Assembly (NCBI GenBank): GCA_963675665.1
Contig: OY776510.1
Span: 2,016,001 to 2,080,000 of the forward strand
Reading direction: 5' to 3'
DNA: 64,000 nucleotides
Origin: Spirochaetia bacterium
GTDB taxonomy: Bacteria; Spirochaetota; Spirochaetia; UBA9216
Shown: positions 9,769-19,643 of the stretch, one piece after another
How positions within the stretch are numbered: position 1 is the first letter of the stretch
How the letters are laid out: each line of letters opens with the position of its first letter
Notes under the pieces: model-generated
What the model saw: only the letters and a program-made list of their open reading frames with translations
Databases searched by the model: none
Told to the model about the DNA's origin: nothing
Position numbers and translations under genes: made by a program

Positions 9769-11124
9769 TCATTGTTTAATTCCGTTATTGGCGATTAAAT
9801 CTCTGTACCAGTACCCGCTGTCTTTTATTTGGCGTCTGAGTGTTTTGTAATCTATATAAACAAGACCGAATCTCTGAGAATATCCATATGTCCATTCAAA
9901 ATTGTCCATAAGTGACCAAATATAATATCCCTTAATGTTAATTCCTTCCTGAATACTTTTGTGTACCTGGCTGATATGACGATGCAGGAAATCAATCCTT
10001 CGGTTGTCTTCGATCGAACCGTACCTGTTAATCAGATCGTTGAATGCTGCTCCGTTTTCAGTAATTATTATCTTTATATCGCCGTATTCCTTTACTAATT
10101 TTTTCAGTGATATGTATAGTCCTTCGGGAAATATTTCCCATCCGGTATCTGTATTCTGGTTATAAGGTCTCGATGTTGAAATCTCCGCTTCAAATGGCCA
10201 GGCATCGGAATTATAGGATACAAAATGAGGATAATAATAATTCACGCCTAGAAAATCGACAGGTTGCTGAATAAGATTGAGATCATCTGAATTCAGTTCA
10301 GGTATCATTGCTCCTTTGCTTCTGAAGAAATCCTCTAATCCAGCTGGAAATGAACCTTTAAAGATTGCATCCTGAAACCAGTTATTGAAGTATTTATCCA
10401 TCCTGTCCGATGCAATTATATCTTTTTGATTGTCGGATGCCGGAAATGTGGGATGCACATTCAGGGTTATTCCAATTTCACCTTTCAGGCCTGTCTGGCG
10501 AAATGTATTTACCGCCAGTCCGTGAGATAAAAGGATATTGTGGGTTGCAAGTATTGAGGCTGAAAAATCTCTGACCCCGGGGGCATGTATTCCCTTATAA
10601 TAGCCGAAATAACTTGTTCCTATGGGTTCATTATGGGTTATCCAGGTATGAACACGATCGCCAAGCTGTTTGAATATATATTCAACATATTCCCTGTAAT
10701 ATTCAGCTGTCTCCCTGTTTGTCCAGCCTCCAATATCCTGAAGTTTCTGCGGGAATCCCCAGTGGTGAAGAGTGATAATCGGAATAATATTGTTTTTTAA
10801 CAGTTCATCAATTACTTTATTATAAAAATCCATACCTGCATTGTTGGGGACTCCTTTCCCTTCAGGAAAAACTCTCGCCCACGAAATTGACATTCTGTAT
10901 GATTTTATTCCAAGCTCTTTCATAATCTGTATGTCTTCGACATATTTGTGATAATGGTCGCATGCTATTTCAGCGGAATCATTATTATTGATCCTTCCCG
11001 GTGTTCTTGAGAAACGATCCCAATATGTCTCGCCTTTTCCGTATTTACTGGCAGCTCCTTCGATTTGATAGTCGGAAGTTGATACTCCCCAAAGAAAATC
11101 TTTCGGAAATTGAAATAACGGCAT
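9769..11124 (-). CDS. GH1 beta-glucosidase
   Basis: YQIEGA, DHYH, SWARVFP, HNEP (acid/base), ITENG (nucleophile), DNFEW. Start at MPLFQ after GGAGG. Confidence 0.95.
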   Translation of the reverse strand: MPLFQFPKDFLWGVSTSDYQIEGAASKYGKGETYWDRFSRTPGRINNNDSAEIACDHYHKYVEDIQIMKELGIKSYRMSISWARVFPEGKGVPNNAGMDFYNKVIDELLKNNIIPIITLHHWGFPQKLQDIGGWTNRETAEYYREYVEYIFKQLGDRVHTWITHNEPIGTSYFGYYKGIHAPGVRDFSASILATHNILLSHGLAVNTFRQTGLKGEIGITLNVHPTFPASDNQKDIIASDRMDKYFNNWFQDAIFKGSFPAGLEDFFRSKGAMIPELNSDDLNLIQQPVDFLGVNYYYPHFVSYNSDAWPFEAEISTSRPYNQNTDTGWEIFPEGLYISLKKLVKEYGDIKIIITENGAAFNDLINRYGSIEDNRRIDFLHRHISQVHKSIQEGINIKGYYIWSLMDNFEWTYGYSQRFGLVYIDYKTLRRQIKDSGYWYRDLIANNGIKQ

Positions 11125-11136
11125 AGTTTCCTCCAG

Positions 11137-11158
11137 AAAACGTTTTACGTATATCGTA
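11137..11158. promoter_or_regulatory. Composite LacI-type operator upstream of GH1
   Basis: AAAACGTTTTAC-GTA-TATCGTAT; the two CG centres are 14 bp apart, as at the other two sites. Confidence 0.72.
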
Positions 11159-11302
11159 TTAATTATCAATTAATAATTACATAAGTCAATATCGTCTTTT
11201 GTTTTTACTGTCTTTTCCTTTAAAATCACTATTATTTTTATTTCAAACTATTTAAAAACGGCAGGAATAATTGGCAGAAGTTTTATCTAAGGCGAAGTGT
11301 TT

Positions 11303-12556
11303 TTATTTCCTCGGCGCAGCGCTGGATGATCTGATAATCAGTTCAGGCTCAATATTAATATTTACCGGTTTATATTCCATACCCTGCAGATTTATTTGTA
11401 TCTGGCGATTAAGTTCTTTTACAGCCTCAACAGCTGCCTGTTCGGACGGTTGACGCACAGTCGTCAGAGGGATATACAGCTCATGCAATTCGTTTGTTCC
11501 GTTATAGCCGGTTATGGTTATGTCTTCAGGTATTTTCCATCCGGCCTGAATTGCAACGTTTGCAGCCAATTGAGCAAAATCATCACTAGTGCATAGAATT
11601 GCTGTAGGTGGTTTTTCCAGGTTAAGGATATTCTTTACACATTGCACTGCTTCTGTGGTGTTTTTTGGAGTAAAAAATAGCGACTTGTCATCAGGTAATC
11701 CGGCTTCTCTCTGCAGATTGATAAATGTATGCATACGGTTTTGTACGCTGGTATGAAGAATGTTTCCTACAAAAGCTATTGAACGATGACCAAGATCATA
11801 CAGGTGGGCAAATAACTGTTTAATGCCAGATTCATCATCAAATGTTACCGTTGATACTTTTTCATGATTTCGACCTGCGAGAGATACTACAGGCAGGGAA
11901 TTATTAATTAATTCATTGTAAATAATGATGTCCTCAACCATATCTCCGACAATAATAAGTCCGTCAAACCAGTAATTAACAATATGTTTTATTTGTTGTA
12001 ACGCCATTCCCGCCTCATGCATTGCATGGCTCATTAGAATAACGCTGTCCTGCTTTTTATATTCAAGCTGAACATCCTGAACAAGTTGTCTTAAAAACGG
12101 ATCCCCAATATCCCTTACAACAGCGCCGATAATTCCTGATTGTCGGCTTCGCAGCGCACTTGCGATCGGGTTGGCTTTATAGCCCAGACGTGTTGCTGTT
12201 TCCTCAATTCGGTTTTTCGTTTCTTCACTGATTTTGATAGAATTATCACGCTTATTCAGAATTCTGGAAACAAGGCCGACAGAAACACCGGCTTCCATCG
12301 CAACATCGGAAATGGTTATATTACCTTTATTCTTGATTATCCTGTTTATTTTCTGTCTGATTTTCTCCTCCGGCAGTTTTTCTGATAAAGCATAAAGGAC
12401 TTTACGGAGAATGATATAGTCGTTTATAGAAATTTCCTGTGTCTCATCTTCAAGAGAAATAGACAGGTTATACTTTATTTTAATTTCCCTAAGTGCTTCT
12501 ACAGGCATCCCGCAGGCATCTACAATTTCATTTAAAAACATTTTTTTGTTCTTCAT
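11303..12556 (-). CDS. LacI-family regulator with ~78-aa N-terminal extra (MerR-like HTH?) domain
   Basis: LacI HTH ITISDVAMEAGVS, hinge YKANPIASAL and sugar-binding domain (LTTVRQP, LIIRSS), preceded by a helical extension. Confidence 0.9.
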   Translation of the reverse strand: MKNKKMFLNEIVDACGMPVEALREIKIKYNLSISLEDETQEISINDYIILRKVLYALSEKLPEEKIRQKINRIIKNKGNITISDVAMEAGVSVGLVSRILNKRDNSIKISEETKNRIEETATRLGYKANPIASALRSRQSGIIGAVVRDIGDPFLRQLVQDVQLEYKKQDSVILMSHAMHEAGMALQQIKHIVNYWFDGLIIVGDMVEDIIIYNELINNSLPVVSLAGRNHEKVSTVTFDDESGIKQLFAHLYDLGHRSIAFVGNILHTSVQNRMHTFINLQREAGLPDDKSLFFTPKNTTEAVQCVKNILNLEKPPTAILCTSDDFAQLAANVAIQAGWKIPEDITITGYNGTNELHELYIPLTTVRQPSEQAAVEAVKELNRQIQINLQGMEYKPVNINIEPELIIRSSSAAPRK

Positions 12557-12648
12557 CCTTAATTATATATCAAGATTTACCATTCTGGTCAATGAATATG
12601 TTTTTTTCGGAAACTAGGTGTTTACCTGATTTTTTTAAACTTTTTTTG

Positions 12649-12677
12649 TTGACAAGTATGGTCTCTGAGTATATTAT
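12649..12677 (+). promoter_or_regulatory. sigma70 promoter of second sugar ABC/catabolic operon
   Basis: TTGACA-17 nt-TATTAT. Confidence 0.7.
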
Positions 12678-12683
12678 CATATA

Positions 12684-12708
12684 AATCGATTGTGGTAAAA
12701 CGTTTTAC
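12684..12708. promoter_or_regulatory. Composite LacI-type operator
   Basis: AATCGATT-GTG-GTAAAACGTTTTAC (perfect 14-bp palindrome), just downstream of the -10 box. Confidence 0.85.
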
Positions 12709-12736
12709 TTACTAAAATTTTTTCAGGAGGAATTCT

Positions 12737-13762
12737 ATGAAACAAATTGCAATGTTTCTATTAGTGTTGGTTCTGGTAATTCCGGGCTTGTTTGCAAACG
12801 GAAACCAGGAATCTGTATCTGATGAAAGCGATGAAATTCTAATAGGAATTTCTATGCCCACCCAACGGGAGGATATTTGGGTAAGACACGAAAAGAACAT
12901 TCGTGAAGCGGCTGAAGCTCTTGGCGCAAAGGTACTGACTCAAATTTCCGATAACGATGCTTCAAAGCAGCAGTCACAGTGTGAAAATCTGCTTGCGCAG
13001 GGTATTGATGTTCTGGTAATTGGCGCTCACGATGCGGTTTCTGCCGGTACTATTGTTGAAATGGCACATCGCGAAGATGTTCCGGTTGTATCTTATGACC
13101 GATTAATTCTTGATTCAGATGTTGATATCTATGTTTCATTTGATAATGTGGCAGTTGGTGAGTGTATGGGTGAATGGTTTGTTGAAAACATTCCTGCAGG
13201 TAATATCGCAGTTCTTGCCGGCGATCCTCTCGATAATAATGCAAAACTTTTCCGCCAAGGTGCTATGAATATTATTCAACCGAAAGTGAATGACGGTACC
13301 TATAAGGTAGTAATGGATCAAAATGTTCTTGACTGGAAAGCAGAAAATGCAATGAGGTTGGCTGAAGACTGTCTTACAGCAAACAGCAATAATATTACAG
13401 GAATTGTAGCACCCAATGATAGTACCGCCGGCGGTATTATTCAGGCCCTTGCAGGTCAGGGACTGGACGGTAAAGTTCTGACTACAGGACAGGATTTTGA
13501 ACTTACAGCGCTGCAGCGCATATACGAAGGCACCCAGGGAATGACGGTATTTAAGGATACGGTTGTAGAAGGAAAGGCTGCAGCAAAAGCGGCTGTTGAA
13601 CTTGCCGGAAAACAGCAGGTTACAGGAATAAATGGTTCAACTGATAATGGTTACAAAGATGTTCCTTCCGTTCTTGCTACTCCGCAGGCAGTTACTAAGA
13701 ATAACCTCAAGCAAATTGTGGAAGTCAGCGGCCTTTATCCATGGACAGAAGTAGCTAAGTGA
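12737..13762 (+). CDS. Sugar ABC substrate-binding protein, XylF/ChvE family
   Basis: IGISMPT, VSYDRLI, YVSFDNVAVG, DNNAKLF, TGQD, QGMTVFKD. Confidence 0.9.
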   Translation: MKQIAMFLLVLVLVIPGLFANGNQESVSDESDEILIGISMPTQREDIWVRHEKNIREAAEALGAKVLTQISDNDASKQQSQCENLLAQGIDVLVIGAHDAVSAGTIVEMAHREDVPVVSYDRLILDSDVDIYVSFDNVAVGECMGEWFVENIPAGNIAVLAGDPLDNNAKLFRQGAMNIIQPKVNDGTYKVVMDQNVLDWKAENAMRLAEDCLTANSNNITGIVAPNDSTAGGIIQALAGQGLDGKVLTTGQDFELTALQRIYEGTQGMTVFKDTVVEGKAAAKAAVELAGKQQVTGINGSTDNGYKDVPSVLATPQAVTKNNLKQIVEVSGLYPWTEVAK

Positions 13763-13773
13763 GTTAATTAAAG

Positions 13774-13800
13774 CCCGCCTGGGAAAAACGTTCAGGCGGG
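13774..13800 (+). terminator. Intra-operon stem-loop after the binding-protein gene
   Basis: CCCGCCTG...CAGGCGGG with only a weak T tract. Confidence 0.55.
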
Positions 13801-13822
13801 AATTTTATCAAAAGGGTATGAC

Positions 13823-15355
13823 ATGAAAGAACAGTTTATTCTGCAAATGCAAAACATTACCAAGACTTTTCCGGGGGTCCAGGCTCTTTCCAATGTCAAT
13901 TTAGAGATAAATCCAGGCGAAATTCATTCGCTGGTTGGCGAGAACGGGGCGGGTAAATCTACGTTGATGAAAATACTTTCTGGTGTTTATCCTTACGGGA
14001 ATTATGAAGGTCAAATAATTATTAAGGGTGAAGAACAGAAATTTAACACAATAAACGACAGTATCAACGCCAAATTGGTAACTATCTATCAGGAACTTGC
14101 GTTGGTAAAATATCTGGACATTGTGGAAAACGTATTCCTGGGGCATGAAATACGTACAAAATCCGGGGGAATAGATTATCAGAAGGAATACTCAATTACA
14201 AAGAAAATACTTGATAAAATCGGCCTGTATGTCAGCCCTTCGGCGAAGATAATGCAGCTTGGCGTTGGTCAACAGCAGCTTGTTGAGATAGCCAAAGCAA
14301 TCGTAAAAAATGCAGAAATAATAATTTTTGATGAGCCCACTTCCGCTCTAACTGAGGAAGAATCCAACAATTTACTGAAACTGATTAAAGAATTCAAAGA
14401 GCAGGGCATTACCTGTATCTATATTTCACATAAGCTTGAAGAAGTATTTAAAATCTCGGATACCGTTTCCGTACTGCGGGACGGCAAGATGATAGGTACG
14501 TATCCTGCAGAGGAATTGAACGAAGGCAAGTTGATTTCACTTATGGTGGGTCGGGATATGTCGCATCGATATCCTGAACGTGATCATAATCCGGGCAGTG
14601 TTTTGTTTGAAGTGCGGGACTGGACTGTCGGAGATCCGGAACATGGCGGCAGGAATAAGCTGAAAAACATCAGTTTTTCTCTTCGTGAAGGAGAAATCCT
14701 GGGGATTGCCGGGCTTATGGGAGCCGGCAGGACTGAACTGGCTATGTCCATAATAGGCAGCTATGGGAACCATGTTGCCGGAGAACTCTATCTGAAAGGC
14801 AAACGTATTTTTAACAGACATCCCAAGGCTGCCATAAGAAACCACATTTGTTATTTAAGCGAGGACAGAAAGGGCAACGGACTTGTGTTGGGTATGAATA
14901 TTAAAGAAAACATTTCTTTACCGAATTTACAAAGTATTACCGAGCTTTTTTCCATAAATGAAAATGAGGAAATACACGCAGCAGAAAAATATGTAAAAGA
15001 ACTGCAGATTAAAACACCTTCCATAGAACAAAAGGTTAAAAACCTTTCAGGTGGAAACCAGCAAAAAGTAGTTGTTGGTAAATGGCTTATGGCCAGTCCG
15101 ACGGTGCTGATTCTTGATGAACCGACCCGTGGTATAGATGTCGGGGCAAAATATGAAATTTATTTGATTATGAAAGAACTGGTTAAATCGGGCATGGCTA
15201 TAATCATGATTTCATCCGAGCTTCCGGAAATCCTGGGTATGAGCGATCGTATCCTGGTTATGAGTGAAGGCGAGATAACCGCCGAATTCAATCACGGTGA
15301 AGCTACTTCGGAAGAAATAATGCATAACGCAATTGGGAGCAGCAGAAATGAATAG
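13823..15355 (+). CDS. Sugar ABC ATP-binding protein (XylG/GguA type)
   Basis: GENGAGKST, LSGVYPYGNYEG, LSGGNQQK, DEPTRGIDVGAK. Confidence 0.95.
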   Translation: MKEQFILQMQNITKTFPGVQALSNVNLEINPGEIHSLVGENGAGKSTLMKILSGVYPYGNYEGQIIIKGEEQKFNTINDSINAKLVTIYQELALVKYLDIVENVFLGHEIRTKSGGIDYQKEYSITKKILDKIGLYVSPSAKIMQLGVGQQQLVEIAKAIVKNAEIIIFDEPTSALTEEESNNLLKLIKEFKEQGITCIYISHKLEEVFKISDTVSVLRDGKMIGTYPAEELNEGKLISLMVGRDMSHRYPERDHNPGSVLFEVRDWTVGDPEHGGRNKLKNISFSLREGEILGIAGLMGAGRTELAMSIIGSYGNHVAGELYLKGKRIFNRHPKAAIRNHICYLSEDRKGNGLVLGMNIKENISLPNLQSITELFSINENEEIHAAEKYVKELQIKTPSIEQKVKNLSGGNQQKVVVGKWLMASPTVLILDEPTRGIDVGAKYEIYLIMKELVKSGMAIIMISSELPEILGMSDRILVMSEGEITAEFNHGEATSEEIMHNAIGSSRNE

Positions 15356-16538
15356 ACAGGCTTTATCATCATCATTAAAAAAGAAAGTTTTAAGCAATAT
15401 TACATCATATAAGATAAGACAGTATATGATGGTCGGCGTCTTGCTGGTGATCTGGTTGATTTTTTCGATACTTACCAACTCTCTTTTTACCTCATCAAGA
15501 AATTTATCAAATCTGTTTATGCAGATGTGTACAATAGGAATTTTATCCTGCGGCATGGTTTTTATTATGGTAACCGGTAATATTGATATCTCTGTCGGTT
15601 CGGTATTAGGCACCTTGGGAGCTCTTTTTGCCATTTTGACATTGAAACTTGGCCTGTCGCCCCTGGTTACGATCCCTATAACTCTTTTTGCCGGTATCTG
15701 TGTCGGGCTTTGGCATGGGTACTGGATCGCTTATCGACAGGTTCCCGCCATGATTGCGACCCTGGCAAGTATGACTGCTTTTAAGGGGCTTACACTTGGT
15801 CTGACCGGCGGTGTTACAATCGGCGGATTCAGCGTATTGGTAAAATTGATTGGACAGGGTTATCTTCCTCAGCTTTTTTTCAAGGGAGCTGCATTTAATG
15901 ATTTCAGTATTCTAATCGTATCAGCTTTTATAATAGGCTTTGTTATTCTGGATCAGTATAAACGTGCCACGAGGATAAAATATGGCTTTAAGGTTGCCGG
16001 GATAATGGCGACCGTGGCGAGAGAGGCCATTGTCGCTATCGCTATCGGTTCAGTAGGTTTTATCATGATTAGTTACAGGGGCATACCTTACGCAATTATT
16101 ATTCTGCTTGCTGTTGCTTTCGTCTGGACTTATGTCGGCAATTTTACTCCGTTCGGCCGTTCCATTTATGCAATCGGAGGCAATAAAGAGGCAGCCCGGC
16201 TTTCAGGAATAAATATTAAACAGAATCTTGTTTTTATCTACGGAATGATGGGTTTTCTAAATGCTGTAGCCGCTATAGTTTTTACAACCCGGCTGAACGC
16301 AGCAACTACAAGCGCCGGTACAAGTTTTGAAATGGATGCAATTGCCGCGGCGGTTATAGGAGGGACAAGTCCTGCCGGCGGAGTCGGCACTGTGTTCGGA
16401 GCGATAATAGGTGCGCTTATAATGGCAAGCCTTGATAACGGAATGAGTCTCTTGAATGTCAATATTATGTATCAGTATGTAATTAAAGGTTTGGTGCTGC
16501 TTGTAGCTGTTGCTGTAGATGCGGCTTCCAAGAAATAG
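15348..16538 (+). CDS. Sugar ABC permease (XylH/GguB type)
   Basis: GNIDISVGS, GGNKEAARLSGI, EMDAIAAAVIGG; overlaps the upstream stop. Confidence 0.93.
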   Translation: MNRQALSSSLKKKVLSNITSYKIRQYMMVGVLLVIWLIFSILTNSLFTSSRNLSNLFMQMCTIGILSCGMVFIMVTGNIDISVGSVLGTLGALFAILTLKLGLSPLVTIPITLFAGICVGLWHGYWIAYRQVPAMIATLASMTAFKGLTLGLTGGVTIGGFSVLVKLIGQGYLPQLFFKGAAFNDFSILIVSAFIIGFVILDQYKRATRIKYGFKVAGIMATVAREAIVAIAIGSVGFIMISYRGIPYAIIILLAVAFVWTYVGNFTPFGRSIYAIGGNKEAARLSGINIKQNLVFIYGMMGFLNAVAAIVFTTRLNAATTSAGTSFEMDAIAAAVIGGTSPAGGVGTVFGAIIGALIMASLDNGMSLLNVNIMYQYVIKGLVLLVAVAVDAASKK

Positions 16539-16548
16539 GAGAAGTTCC

Positions 16549-17043
16549 ATGTTTGTCCTCTCACCAAAATCCTTAAGCAGGGAAGCTTTCCGAAAATATG
16601 GAGATTATCAGAATATTGCAGATCCTGAAGAGGGTTTTGACCCTTCTAATCCGGAACAGTTTATTCCTGATTTAATGCCGGTTACTTTAGGGAGTAATTC
16701 ACTGTCGTTTTCAGTATTAAAAATCCGGCGAAGGGATGCTGTTTTAAAAAAGCTTGAATATCATGCTTATTGCGGCGAAGTTATTTTCCCGTTTGACGGT
16801 GATATAATTGGTATTTTTCTCCCGCCGACAAAGCCTGGGGAAAAAATTAATTTTAAATCAGCTGAAGCTTTTATTATTCCCCAGGCTACACTCGTATATT
16901 TACGTCCGGGGACCTGGCATCTTTCACCTTTTGTTCACAATACTGATGAGTGCACATTACTTTGCATGCTTCCGGAGCGTACCTACGCCAACGATGCTGT
17001 AATGATCGATATTCCAGAGATGAACTGGTTAAAACTCAAATAA
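16549..17043 (+). CDS. Ureidoglycolate lyase (AllA)-like cupin-fold protein
   Basis: LSREAFRKYG, LEYH...E, PGTWH..P, LPERTYAND. Confidence 0.65.
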   Translation: MFVLSPKSLSREAFRKYGDYQNIADPEEGFDPSNPEQFIPDLMPVTLGSNSLSFSVLKIRRRDAVLKKLEYHAYCGEVIFPFDGDIIGIFLPPTKPGEKINFKSAEAFIIPQATLVYLRPGTWHLSPFVHNTDECTLLCMLPERTYANDAVMIDIPEMNWLKLK

Positions 17044-17096
17044 AGCTCTGGTCCTCTGAGACATTATGCTTTTAATAAAACTAGGAGGTACTGTAT

Positions 17097-17579
17097 ATGG
17101 CAGTATTGGCTGATTACTTTAACAAATGGCCATGTCCACCGGACAAAAAAAGACCCTTTCATGTAACAAAAGACAAAATGGTGCATTACATTTATGTTCC
17201 CGAAGATCCGCATCATGCCGACTTGAACTGGATGTTCGTTTCTACAGAGAGTATGTTCAGCGGAAGATATCATCTTTCTCCGGGAGCAATGTTTACTCCC
17301 CCGGATGTTCACAACGGGGATGAATATTATTATATGCTTCATGGAACATTAACAATCATGAATCCTGTAACCGGTCAGGTTGTCGAACTGCAAAAAGGTG
17401 AATGTATCAACCTTCCAAAGGGTGCTCCTCATAAGGGCTATAACTTCACCAATGATACAGCAAAGATGTTATACCTTATAGTGCCGACTGTCTGGGCTGA
17501 AGGCGAAGCCGGCCCGCCTCCTTATCCGGAAAATGAAGATACGATGGCATTGTTGCGCACAAAAACGGAGGTTAAATAA
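17097..17579 (+). CDS. Cupin-domain protein
   Basis: DVHNGDE...G.L and PKGAPH cupin metal-site motifs. Confidence 0.75.
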   Translation: MAVLADYFNKWPCPPDKKRPFHVTKDKMVHYIYVPEDPHHADLNWMFVSTESMFSGRYHLSPGAMFTPPDVHNGDEYYYMLHGTLTIMNPVTGQVVELQKGECINLPKGAPHKGYNFTNDTAKMLYLIVPTVWAEGEAGPPPYPENEDTMALLRTKTEVK

Positions 17580-17581
17580 TT

Positions 17582-17986
17582 ATGATTAAACAGATAGGAC
17601 AATGGCCGTGTGATCCCGTGGTAGTTCGTGATACCGGCGAATTTGTAAAAGTGACAAATGATAATAAGCTCAGGACTATTCACGGATTGGAATACCCGGT
17701 GCCTGTAAATTTCTTCTTTAGTACGGATCTGGGGCACATGGGAGAAATAACATTGCCAGCCGGCGGAACAGGGCCGCGTGCGATGGAAAAACTCACCCTT
17801 AAAGGAGATGCTTCAGTTTATGTAGAAGATGGCCCAATCACTTTTTTCTTCCCTGACAACGAGGATACTTTCACAGTTGCCGAGGAAGAGGTTGTATTTA
17901 TTCCGGCAAATACACCTTTTATGCTCATTAACTATGAGGCAAAAATTGTACACGCTATTTTTTCGGTAGGAGGCCCGGATTTTTAA
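17582..17986 (+). CDS. Cupin-fold protein lacking metal ligands
   Basis: Resembles the preceding cupin (WPC motif, IPANTP) but has no His/Glu ligands; GGAGG RBS. Confidence 0.6.
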   Translation: MIKQIGQWPCDPVVVRDTGEFVKVTNDNKLRTIHGLEYPVPVNFFFSTDLGHMGEITLPAGGTGPRAMEKLTLKGDASVYVEDGPITFFFPDNEDTFTVAEEEVVFIPANTPFMLINYEAKIVHAIFSVGGPDF

Positions 17987-18937
17987 ATGAACGGCGGAAC
18001 TGATATTTTAAGCATCGGTGAAATAGTTATAGATTTTACGCCGGGTAGGGAGGATTCTTCTTATATACGCCATCCCGGAGGAGCGCCGGCAAATGTTGCT
18101 GTTTGTTTTGCCCGAATGGGAGGCTGTTCCGCTTTTTGCGGGAAAGTCGGTAACGACCTTTTCGGTGAATACTTAATGAATGTTCTGAGAGACAATGGAG
18201 TCCAGCTTAAATGCGGAGCGCCGACAAATGATGCAGTAACAACAATGACATTTGTTACCCTTGCTGATGACGGTAACCGTTCATTTACTTTTGCCCAGAA
18301 AACCGGTGCGCATTTGTTCTTAAAGGATTCAGATATAACTCCGGAAATAATTATTAATTCAAAACTTGTGCATACAGGTTCTTCAATGCTCGCCGGCGGG
18401 AGTTCCCCCGGCGCAGTATTGCGAGCGATGAAACTGGCTAAAAAGAACCGTATTCCCGTTAGTTTTGATCTTAATTTTCGTGCATTACAGTGGACGAAAC
18501 CTGAGCGCTGCCGTGAAGCTGTTTATAAAATTCTTCCGTATGTTGATTTATTAAAGGTTTCAGATGAAGAAGTTTTTTTATTGGGCGGTGAAGAAATGAT
18601 ATTTAAAGTTATGGAAAAGTATGATGTTTCTTTGACCGCGCTTACAAAGGGAGAAAAAGAAAATATAGTCTTTTGGAATGAGCAGGAAATACGAAGGCAT
18701 CCTGTTCCTCAGAAAGCAGTGGATTCAACCGGGGCCGGGGACGCATTCTGGGGTGTTTTTCTTTATTCTTTGCTTTCTCAAGGGTTTCGAACGCGGCGTG
18801 ATTTATCTGTAGTTATGCTGGAAAAGGCCTTAAAGTATGGCGTAGCGGCAGGTGGGCTTGCCGTCCAAAAACAGGGAGCGGTTAATTCAATGCCGTTAAA
18901 ATCCGAAATAGAGGAGGTCCTGCCGCTATATGGATAG
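17987..18937 (+). CDS. PfkB-family carbohydrate kinase (fructokinase-like)
   Basis: GGAPANVA, GKVGNDLFG, FDLNFR, DSTGAGDAF. Confidence 0.92.
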   Translation: MNGGTDILSIGEIVIDFTPGREDSSYIRHPGGAPANVAVCFARMGGCSAFCGKVGNDLFGEYLMNVLRDNGVQLKCGAPTNDAVTTMTFVTLADDGNRSFTFAQKTGAHLFLKDSDITPEIIINSKLVHTGSSMLAGGSSPGAVLRAMKLAKKNRIPVSFDLNFRALQWTKPERCREAVYKILPYVDLLKVSDEEVFLLGGEEMIFKVMEKYDVSLTALTKGEKENIVFWNEQEIRRHPVPQKAVDSTGAGDAFWGVFLYSLLSQGFRTRRDLSVVMLEKALKYGVAAGGLAVQKQGAVNSMPLKSEIEEVLPLYG

Positions 18938-19643
18938 GTCTGATAATTTCTGGGATAATAAGCTGATTTATTCACCTTCGCTAATTTGCCTTGATCCCTG
19001 TAACCTTGAATCGCAGGTTAGAGTGCTGGAAAGCTCCGGTGTTGAAGTCCTGCATATAGATATTATTGACGGGCATTTTAGTCCAAGTCTTCCATTGGGG
19101 CTGGATACTGTAAAAGCATTACGGAAGATAACAAATCTGAGTTTTGATGCTCATTTGATGACTGAACCTAACGGATATTTTATAGATGAATTGCTTGATA
19201 TAGGTGTTGATCAGCTTATTTTTCATTTCGAAACGGAAAAACATCCCAACGCACTGCTTTCCATGTTAAAGAACCGTGGTGTTCGGGCAGGAATAGCACT
19301 GAAACCTTCAACTCCGGTTTCGGCAATTGATTGTATTCTCGAATGTTGTGATACGGTGCTGCTTATGCTTATTAACCCGGGTTACGCAGGTTATTCCTGG
19401 GAGAAACAAATTCCATTTGCACAGCGTAAGATTGATGAATTGCATCGTATAATTTCAGAGCGTAAACTTCCGGTTAAGATGGAACTCGACGGAAGAATTT
19501 CAAAAGAAAGTATTAACACATTTGGTAAAGATGCTGCGGATATTTTTGTTATCGGAAGTACCTGCCTTTCTAAAAATAATCTTAAATCCGATATCGATGA
19601 ACTATATTCGTTAAGAGAAAAACTGATAGGAGAAACAGTCTGA
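18930..19643 (+). CDS. Ribulose-phosphate 3-epimerase family protein (AlsE-like)
   Basis: SPSLIC, HIDIIDGHFSP, DAHLM, NPGYAG, ELDG. Confidence 0.85.
   Translation: MDRSDNFWDNKLIYSPSLICLDPCNLESQVRVLESSGVEVLHIDIIDGHFSPSLPLGLDTVKALRKITNLSFDAHLMTEPNGYFIDELLDIGVDQLIFHFETEKHPNALLSMLKNRGVRAGIALKPSTPVSAIDCILECCDTVLLMLINPGYAGYSWEKQIPFAQRKIDELHRIISERKLPVKMELDGRISKESINTFGKDAADIFVIGSTCLSKNNLKSDIDELYSLREKLIGETV

Noticed and set aside
13783-13794. AAAAACGTTC as a fourth LacI operator
   Set aside because: Imperfect, lies in a hairpin loop, and lacks the partner site at 14 bp.
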